64,000 nucleotides of DNA, from assembly GCF_006345805.1 (NCBI RefSeq), contig NC_043000.1, positions 97,836,001 through 97,900,000 of the forward strand, written 5' to 3'. Both the position numbers and the translations under genes were made by a program. Positions within the stretch are counted from its first letter, which is position 1. Every line of letters begins with the position of its first letter. Below are positions 54,345 to 64,000 of this stretch, in pieces. Under the pieces are notes generated by a model. The model ran no database searches. It saw only the letters and a program-made list of their open reading frames with translations, and was not told the DNA's origin. The DNA comes from Octopus sinensis (lineage: Eukaryota).

Positions 54345-54748
54345 TGGCTGTGTAATTAAGAAGTTTTGCTTCCCAACCACATGATTTCAGGTTCAGTCCC
54401 ACTATATGGTACCTTGGACAAATGTCTTCCATTATAGCTCCAGGCAACTAAAGCTTTGTGAATGGATTTACATGCAAATTGAAAAATAGCTGGTCATATA
54501 TGTATGCGTATGTGTGCGTGTCTGTCTGTCCATCTGTCCTCGTCTTGACATCACACAAAAAGTAAATGAGTGGCACTGTTACATAAGCTGTGCCGATCTT
54601 TCATGAAAGCATGACTGGCCAAGGAGAACTATTACCTTGCTTAAACAGGTGGGACCAGGAAGGGCATCTAGCTGTAGAAAATAAGCCTCAATGAATTCCA
54701 TCAAACCCATGCAAGTATGGAAAAGTAGAAGTTAAAATAATGACGACT
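54345..54748 (+). mobile_element. OR2-like SINE (tRNA/CORE head with RTE-type tail)
   Basis: GGTTCAGTCCC B-box, ACCTTGGACAAATGTCTTC, and tail AGGAAGGGCATCTAGCTGTAGAAA..ACCCATGCAAGTATGGAAAA..GTTAAA. Confidence 0.75.
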
Positions 54749-55989
54749 GAAGACAGTGTAATATAACTCAATATTACAATTTATTTAGGTCAATTCTCTG
54801 CTTTTCCTACAGTACTTGATCAATATATGTGAAGTGACATCTTCGTAGACTACTAAGTCAGAGTGACCCTCTAGCAGCTTATGATAATGCCTTACCATAC
54901 AGTGTATCTAATACACTATAAAGACTGAATCCTCCAGAAATCTTTGCACACCAGTTTAAAACTTGCATCACCAAATTATCTTTAACAGATCATATACACC
55001 ACAAATTGTTTAAAATGAACCTTAACAAGCCAACAAAGGAGCTACTATATACTCCACCAACATGCTAAAAATGGCAGCTAAATCTTCTTCCAACTGTAAC
55101 CTTCCTTTATGTGCCATCATATTGATGAATGATCTCTAAAGACTTCCTTAACAAATACGCTTGTCATAGAATTTTTAAGGGAGAATTCAATGGGTACTCC
55201 CTATTGCTTTCATTCAAGTGTTTTTGAAATCATCTTATCAGCTAGGTGCAGAGAGTATCACACTTCTTGGGCACTTAAAATGTAAAGAGCAGGAACAAGG
55301 AACAGATTCGGCAAACCATTTGTGAAATGTTGTAACCACTCAAATTATCCAGTGCCCTACATTGGTATTTTATTCTGTTGATCCCATAAGAATAAAAAGG
55401 TGAAGTTTACATCAGTGACACTTGAACATAAACTGGAACAAATATTGCAACACATTTTGTCCAACACTCTAAACATTCTGCCAAATCATCCTACTGTTTA
55501 TATAGATATATATATTCCTTTTCTATGCTGCTGCTGCTTGTCACCTCCACCTTTCTTGCCTCCTTGCCTTCATACTAATATTTACCATCAACCACACTTC
55601 CACTCTTGTTCATCATCTCCCATACCATCTCTTAAACTCTTCTCACATTCTTATGAAGTCACCCTCTCCTCCCCACACCCCTCATCCACTGTCTGTATTC
55701 TCTCTCACACTCACTCACCTTCTTGGACCTTGAGGACTTCACTCTGGTGCCTTGTCCCCCACCAATGTTTTCTTCTTCCCAAGTACTTTCACCCACCTTT
55801 ATAGGTATCATCTCAATAGCAAGATGTCTGTGCTTGTCCCTTTATCATGTTTTTAACCTCTCAAAACCTGGCATAAAGATATTGCTTCTACTTTCAAATA
55901 CACCCCCACTCGGTGAGGGTTTTTTTAAAAAATCTCTTGTACATTACTTGGTAACTTCGTTAGTGCTGGTGTCACAAATAAAAAATTAA

Positions 55990-56125
55990 AAAAAACATTT
56001 TTTTAATCACCCAGTACACACTGTAAAGTGGTTGGTGTAAGGAAGGGCATCCTGTCATGTCAAAGCTGACATTGAAGCTTTATGTAGTTTTGTGACTTGT
56101 CAGATCCTGTCAAGCCATGCCAGCA
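55990..56125 (+). mobile_element. RTE-type 3' tail remnant
   Basis: GTGGTTGGTGTAAGGAAGGGCATCC..CCATGCCAGCAT. Confidence 0.6.
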
Positions 56126-59100
56126 TTATACAGTCATACACATGTATACATCACACACACACGACAAAATGGTCACTGCTGAAATAATTTCAAACAAATG
56201 CTTAATCAGGGTTGACCTATGGCTAAACAACAACCAACCCATATGGAAATCCTTCCCTAGCCAGTTTTATATTCCCATCACAAAATTATCTTTTTCAGCA
56301 AACACAACAAATAGTTCAAAACTAATCAGTAACCTACTCAACACCATACCCCTTTTTCATATTCTAACCTAGCAAGACCAGGAATGCCTGAAAGTTAATG
56401 CTCTCCTCAGTATAAATAAATGAAAATAGAAAAACCACTTTCTGGATAGACATCTACAAGACTGTGTGTGTGTGTGTGCACGCGCTATCTTCATACACAG
56501 CTATGCAAATTTATAGTTAGTTCCCTCAGAAGGTTATGTTTATATATACAGTACAAGAACAGGGTGGTGCAATGTAAACATTCACATGGCCTTGACATAG
56601 AAGAGATAACACAAAGCAAGGAGAAAGTAGGAGAGAATGAGAGGAGTGTGGATCAGGATCACATGCATTTCTTGAAAATAACTGTCATGCCTTTAAAAAA
56701 AAAGAAGAAGAAAGTCAATAATTCTGGGACATAATCTGCATAAAAAGTAACAGGGTAGTGTTAACAGATTTGATGCCATGAACACCAAAATTCTACATAT
56801 GTATATGTAATAAAGTAAAAAATAATTAGTCCAATGATTAATAGTTTGTTAATTTTGATAAGTGTAGATTGACACTTGATAACAGCTTGGGGTGGGGTGG
56901 GGGAAAATGGGTATACACACCCTCCATTAAATCTTTTAAACATACATCATGCATGATTCTGAATTCAGTTCAAAATTTAATGGTGGTAGTAAACCTCTTT
57001 AAAATAAATTTTTCCAAACAGACAAAATTTCCATTAATATGCTATTAAAAAAAAAAAAAAAACGAAAATCAAGTTAAAATTTACATAAATGACAGAGAAC
57101 TTTTTATACTTTATAAGAGCTTTTTTATACTCAACAAATTTCAGACATTCTTGTATATGTAAGCAACAAGCTAATATGTATCCTTACATCCAAGTAATGA
57201 CAGATTCGTTGATACAGCAGAGCTGAAAAACAGCTTCTGTAGCCAACCACCTTCATCTATCACATCTCAAATACTTCATGATTAAAATTTAATAGATTCC
57301 AGTATGAAGATAGGAAGATTCAAGAGTAATATGGTAAAATACATTCCATTGTAGTCTCTAATGTGTTGGCTTTGCACATTAAAACAAAAATTGCTACTTT
57401 TGGTTATACTTGTAATTGCATATGCACACATGCTCAAGTGAATTAAAGTGAAGCCAAAAATCAAAATTAGATAATATAAAAGTCTTTAATTAAAATATGG
57501 AAACTGAAATCAACTATACACTCATAAAATATCAGTCCTTTAAATGAATAAATTATGGAGCGTTCCCCATAGTGTAACACTGATTTTCAATTCACTAACC
57601 AAACTTTCAATCAAACTTAGATCACAGCTAAGCTATATATATATATATATATATATATATAGCTTTTTAATCTGTTCCTAAAGTAATTAGAGGTGGAGGA
57701 AAAAGAACTATATTCTAGCATTAATCCCTGTGTTATGGAATTTTTAGTTATCAGTTATAGTAGGTCAAGCTACTTTTAGTGGGCTGGTACCTAGTTGTTT
57801 AGCTGACCACCTTTGTGCTACAAGTGCTCAATTACAACTGACATGGGGCTACACAACAACTACAAGGCTTAAAATTACAACCTTAATATTCTGTGGAGGT
57901 TATCCCTAAGTTTTCAAAGGGTGCACCATAATTCATAAAAAACAAAAAAAAAAGTTGCTTGTAATAATTCTTATTCAAAATTTATTTTCAAAACATGTAC
58001 CATAAATATCAAATAATTTACATTTCTCCCCAGTAAGAACACACATTTTAACATGACCTAATAGATTCTTTGTCCCAATATTCCTTCCATTTTTTGATAT
58101 GGACATCATTTCACAAACATAGGAAAACCCTTGGCCATCTTATTTCACTAACAGTCAAGAGTTCAGATACAAAAATGTTTATAATTTTATTTAGGTTAAA
58201 ACTAAGATTAGACATAATATATATATATATATATATATAGTATAATTCACCCTACCCCACCCACAAAAAAAACCTCCAGTAACTGAAAAAAGTTAAACTA
58301 TGTTCCAACTGTTTCATGGTATAAGATCTAAGCAAGTTTATAAATATCATTCTGCAGTTTATTCACTGACTACTGTTACAAAAGAAAAGTGAGTAAATCA
58401 AAATTTTCAGTCAAGCTTCATTTTCTTGTTTTTGCTTCATAGAAAAAAAATTCCTGGCATCCAAGCCAGCTATCTTGTCATATCTGGAAGTGGTAAATCC
58501 ACAAGAGACAGTAGAATAAAAATTGTCTTCTGCAAGGAGTGTCTGGTGATAAACCACACAGGTTTCTTTGGGAAATTTTCAATTTTACAGTCTTCAGAGG
58601 ATACAATGGATGATACTTCTGTATCGAAAAACTAATTACTTTTCTTAGAATTTCCTTTGCTGCAGATGTGATGGATAAAAGAAAATAAATAGGTACTTTC
58701 TTTCCTCATCAAAACTTGAAATGACTAAAACAAATTCATTTCTGGTCTCTCACCCCAGTCCAATCACTACACTGCTTGTCTCTTTTTCTATTGTTTCTGA
58801 AAGCTTCTTTGCAAAACAGTCCAACATGGTTTCCTCCACACCCTTACAGAAATTAATTATACGTGCGATAAATATTGATGTACAACTTTAGATTTGCGAT
58901 AAAAACATGACAAACAAATTCATAATTAGCAATAGAATAAAAAACACCAAATGGTAACAAATTGAGCTGAGGTGTTATTTAAATATGGAATGGAAACATG
59001 TGTTGAGTGTGTGTGCGCATATCTGTATATATACAATTTTTTAAAAATCGTTTCTCCTCTCCCAACAAATAGTATAAAAGACTGTATGTAATTCAACAGA

Positions 59101-60669
59101 ACTATAGTAACAAAAGGGTTATTCTATTGTTACCACATTTCTGTGAAAATACAGTCTTTCTTTCAGCTAATTTTGAAAATAATAATGAATTTATCAAAAT
59201 AACTTTGCCATTAATAAGCTGGTGTTCAAGGTATAAATTGACATCAAAGTTTGATGGAAAAATTAAAATTAAAATCACTTTAAAAGGGGAAGTTAGTATC
59301 ATAGAACCAGTTTCAAAAGGATATTTATTACAAGTTTACTAAGTTTTAGGCAGAGGAAATTTTATGCAAAAAAAAAAAGTCATAAATATTCATAAGTATG
59401 AAGAAATATCTCTTGGTGGGAAAAAAAATAATTAAAACTCAACTCAGTTTAAAAGTTAATAAACAGCAACTCTACTCTTCTCTCCCACTCTAATATATAA
59501 AGCATATGAAAATAGTTATTAGTTAGTGAACTAATTGCATATCAAAATAATAACTTCAGTGCTTTCCTGATATTGCAGTAAGTTTAGCATTTATTTTAGC
59601 TATTATTAAAGACACTAACTAGTTGTTTAACCCTAAGCCAACTCCAATCGGGCAAAAGTTATAATCAAAGACGTTCCAGCAATAACCATTTTCTCTTTAT
59701 AGTCCACAGTGAACACAGGACCACGCTGTCCAATGTTACTGATTTTTAAGATGTTAGAATGTGATTCCAGGGACACTTCATTACTATATTCAGCAGACTA
59801 GGTAACCACGTAGAAGCTCCCTAACTGGTTGGTAATAACGAATTGTGTAAGGTTATTAGAAGCAAATTTATCAGAAAAGGTATTCAGCAATTAGTAACAC
59901 TGTCAGATTATTCTGGCCATGGGGTTAATTGCTTTATGCTTCGATGAAATAATTGCAAAAATTGTTGAATTTTAAGAAAGAGGTCAGACGAAAAGTGTAT
60001 AGGCTGCTGCTTAAAGTACAAGTTAACTCAGACAGTGAGTACGGCAACGACTAATTTTGGTAATTAGAAATATATAGATAGGTATACCAGAATTCAAATT
60101 TCAAAAAAGAACAAAAGAAAAATAAAAAGAAAACCTACTATTTGAAGAATCAATCTGAACCGTAACAAATAACACGAGAAAAGGGACGTCTCATATTTTG
60201 CTTATCGCCGTAATTTCAACAAAGATACTTATATGATTAACTTATCTATATATATCTACATATCTGTTGGTTTTAACGAATGGGAGTAAGCGTTTATACC
60301 AAAGAGTGTAGGTCATTTATTTCAATTGGTCCTGTTACTGTGGAGTTTCCCCCGATATGGAGCAGATATTCAAATATCTATCTATACTCGTGTTGAGGAA
60401 CCGACTGTTCCTTTGGTGTTAGGGAAACTCCACAGGGACATGTTTAACCAGAATACACACACGTGTGTGTTTTAATTAAGCTGAAAATCTAAACTTTTAC
60501 TCTGAATTTCACCAGACAGAAGTTTTTCAGCTTCAATAAAGCACTTCATTTTACTCTTGCTTTGGTATCTGAGTACTATTTTTTTACCTTATTATTTGTT
60601 TTGTACTTGCGTGGTCTCATACATTTTATGCATGTACACACACACACACAAACCATTGCGGAAGTCTTT

Positions 60670-61180
60670 TACCTGCTCGACCAGCCTTCTAGAAATAACA
60701 GTCAAAATTTTAAATAAGGACAAGCAAACATCGTGTAATATGGACAGGAATGCCTTTGATTCCATGTCTGCTTAATCAAGCCTGACTTGGGGCTAATCAG
60801 CAACACTGTTGGACAGATTGTCACGGCATTTTACTTCTCAGACGCATCGTGTGCATATGCTTGATTAAATAAACACACATTATATATATATATATATATA
60901 TATATAGTGTGTGTGTGTGTAGACATTTTCCTGCAAGCCTTCAACCTGTTTACAGGAAAGCTTGACACAAAACATATGTGAAAGAAAAGCCTTTGGAAAC
61001 CTTAGCTGCAGGTCAACTTCCGTCGAGAAGGTCCATGATCAAAAACATTCCAACCATGACTATCGTACCTATTACTTTTTTTTTTTTTTTTCTCAAGCGT
61101 CTAAGGTCTACATTACCCAGAATCTTTCCTTATAAGGCAGAGCATGATATGGCTATTTCTCCCGATGCGAGTTCGCAAGG
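60670..61180. mobile_element. Two oppositely oriented copies of the (CAA)n-tailed retroposon family (60670-60805 +, 60985-61180 -)
   Basis: CTAGAAATAACAGTCAAA..GCCTTTGAT..GGGGCTAA on the plus strand, versus ..ATGATCAAAAACATTCCAACCATGAC..GGCTATTTCT. Confidence 0.6.
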
Positions 61181-63321
61181 GTGTCAGCCATGGTATTTAC
61201 CAAGCAGCCCGTCATTATTTAACAAAATATACCAATATAATGGCAGAATACACAATTCTATATTATAAGTGGTGGTGTGTATGTAGACGTATACATAACT
61301 GAGTTGTCAAATACAAATATCAATGAAATCAGCTTCTCGCATTCAAGTAGTAGCAAGTATCACAAAATTTGTGATATTGGCTACTACTACTTTTACGTAA
61401 AATACTAGGGGACCCAACTTCACTATCCGTTCCAATAATTTCCAGTTTGAACGACCACACACAGGAACTCACGACAGTTCAGTGGATACCAGTGTTTCTA
61501 TGCTAAAACAAAATGTATAATTATTTTTAAACATACAGATACCGTTTTGTTAATTCAAGTCGGCAGACAGAAGCAAGGGGAGTAATTGATGAACCTTACC
61601 AAGGAGAGGGACAAGGCACAAATAACAAACCCTAATTTTTTAAAATAATCACGATGACCATGTGGTCAGTAACCTCATGGCTATCTTAACCCCACAGTTG
61701 GTCACCACCACACGTGTTGTAGTTAACGGAATAAGAATAGAAAAATACGCAAAATGATGCATTCTTCAAAGTTGGAATAAAAGACATCAGTTTGAATCAA
61801 TATTTCAGAACACAGTCGTCGAACAGAACTTACTAAGAGAACAACTAACTTACTTATACCACAGTAGCTACTTTAACAATCTCATAATTCACGTCAAATC
61901 TAATACATACGCTCTCATTTTACTGGCTTTTCCTTATTGCTCGCGATTTAATTCAGTAAGCTATTTGTTGGATTTCGTTTCTATTCATTTCTAATGAAGA
62001 AGTCATATACAGTTTAAATTTCTCTTGATATACTTTCATTAAAAATGGGGAAAATATTTGCAACTGAATAAATTGAAATCAGCTGGAATGATTTTAAGGC
62101 CAGCAGACCGAACCTTCGAAGTCACAGTCGCTACTATTCTAGTAAATAAATATCACCCACACTAGAATCTCAGTGCAGTAACTATTTGGTGTGTTTTTTT
62201 CTCTTAATCTAATTGTTCATATATTTACCGCACGTATAATTGATTCTATACGAGTGTGGAGAATATAATGTCAGATTATTTTGCAAAGAAATAACAGAAA
62301 AAAGAGAGGAGTAGTTTAGTGATTGGGCAGGGTGAGAGGCTACAAAAAGAATTGAGTGATCCTTCACTTTAATTTTAAATTGCTTTTATAGACTCGATAT
62401 AAACTAACACACACATCTATCAATCTATATAAAAGATACCCATAATTTACATATTTAAGAGCTGGAAGGAGGAAACAAAATCTTTAACCTCACACGAGGA
62501 CAAGAAAATGAAAGCAGATCACGTAACTTCTTTAATAAACAAAAACTTCAAGTTCAAACATTGGAAAACACAAATACCAAACATTGGCAGTCTTCATAAG
62601 TAAGTTATTTGTGCCTGTTTGCTTAGTGTAAGGTTGGTACATACGGACTTAGTTCATAGCCATACGAAGGCAGTTAATGTAGCAGGGCAAAAATTCTAAC
62701 TTCTAAATCAGTCACCGATCTATTAGAAATGCAAAGCGCCACGACGTTAAAGGAACAAATGAAAAACGATTATTAAAAAGAACTAAGTTTCAAATATTTT
62801 TAACATTCCACTTCTAAAGAGCAATTGCACATTTGAAGTCTATATACTGTGCATAGTACGTGTATGTTGTAAGCAGAGTTTTCGCTTCTTTCCCTTAACT
62901 ATATATACACACTTTTTTTTACAAACCAGACAGCTTGGATTAATAAATGACTTAATCAAAAATTAAAATAAATAACATAAATAAAAGTTGAGATATCAGA
63001 TTTCAAGCCCCTCACACGGTCAAGTTATACATTTAAGACAAGCTCAATTACATATCAACCCAGTCTAAATTAGACTCGCTAGAAAGTTTGAGCCACATAC
63101 TGGCACTTCCCGGAGACAAGACATCTTTGAACTTGTGTAGACAGATTAAATATCTATTAAATGTAATTATCAGGAAATAAACATTTTCCAGACACAAGCC
63201 CCTCTACACTCTCTTCAACCACCACGGTACATAACTGCCATATCTATAACACGTAAACTGAGTTACAATATTCAGAACCAGGAGAAGCTAACAGACCTCG
63301 TCACTATGCATGCAAGCACAG

Positions 63322-63490
63322 TGATATTTCGTCTGTCTATATGTTCTGAGTTCAATTTCCGCCGAGGTCGACTTTGCCTTTCATCCTTTCGGAGTCGATA
63401 AATTAAGTACCAGTTGCGTACTGGGATCGATCTAATTAACTGGCCCCTTCCCCAAAAATTTCGGGCCTTGTGCCTTGAGTAGAAAAAAAA
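63322..63490 (+). mobile_element. Nin/Deu-domain SINE, young, 5'-truncated, tail B, 19-bp TSD
   Basis: ACTATGCATGCAAGCACAG occurs at 63303-21 and 63491-509. The 3' end is A-rich. Confidence 0.9.
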
Positions 63491-64000
63491 ACTATGCATG
63501 CAAGCACAGACGAACACACACATATATACATACAAAAAACTTAATCGTTTTTTATTTTCTGTTTAAGAAAAAGCCGACAAAATTTTTATACCAAATACTT
63601 TTAAGAAATCGCATAGTAGTAGTGTACAAACATAGACATTTTCTTAAAAATAAAAAAATGTAATAATGAATTTCACCAATGGTAAGAGTCAAAATGCATG
63701 AAAAAATTTTTAATCATACGTTTTTCAACATTCTTTGTGCGATTTCTTTCAAAGTAAAAAAATAAAAGCTAAATTATGCGAGCATTAAAAAAAATTTTTT
63801 ACATTATTCCACGAATGAACTTTATTAAAATAACTGTATAGTAAGCAAGCAGACAGTCATACATCCGAACTGAGGAAACGGAAAAGAAATGAATGAACAA
63901 AAATCCATATAGGCTAAACAAAAGGACTAAAATAATAAAAAGAACATATAGCTTAAAGTATGTATGTTGATTAGTGGATGTATGAACGTATGTAGATTGC

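Noticed and set aside
57960-58150. Possible mariner C-terminal remnant on the minus strand (..KMCVLTGEK)
   Set aside because: Too degraded to support; no catalytic motifs or TIRs were identified.
59127-59342. 71-aa plus-strand ORF, and similar 60-130-aa ORFs at 44646, 47971 and 55400
   Set aside because: They show no recognisable motifs or supporting splice signals, several start at non-ATG codons, and such lengths are expected by chance.

Overview
This is AT-rich eukaryotic DNA, dense in microsatellites and almost entirely non-coding. Its repeats (OR1/OR2-type tRNA-CORE SINEs, Nin/Deu-domain SINEs, RTE and CR1 LINE pieces, long (AT)n/(AC)n tracts) point to a coleoid cephalopod, most likely Octopus; this is an inference. 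Nearly all ORFs in the supplied track are microsatellite artefacts. The recognisable coding remnants are transposon pseudogenes: a full-length Tc1 (DD34E) with TIRs, pogo, piggyBac, a Helitron PIF1 helicase, CR1 and RTE. The only host-gene candidates are a minus-strand first coding exon at 1100-973 and an exon-like island at 25.2-25.7 kb. By eye, about 12.5-59.5 kb is CpG-depleted and T-rich on the minus strand, which suggests a long methylated minus-strand gene body or lncRNA. The most notable structure is a ~415-bp foldback palindrome (5705-6119). Each arm carries a type I hammerhead-ribozyme fold of Penelope pLTR type, and it abuts a non-autonomous Helitron. I found no well-supported new protein-coding system. 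Boundaries of degraded repeats are approximate.
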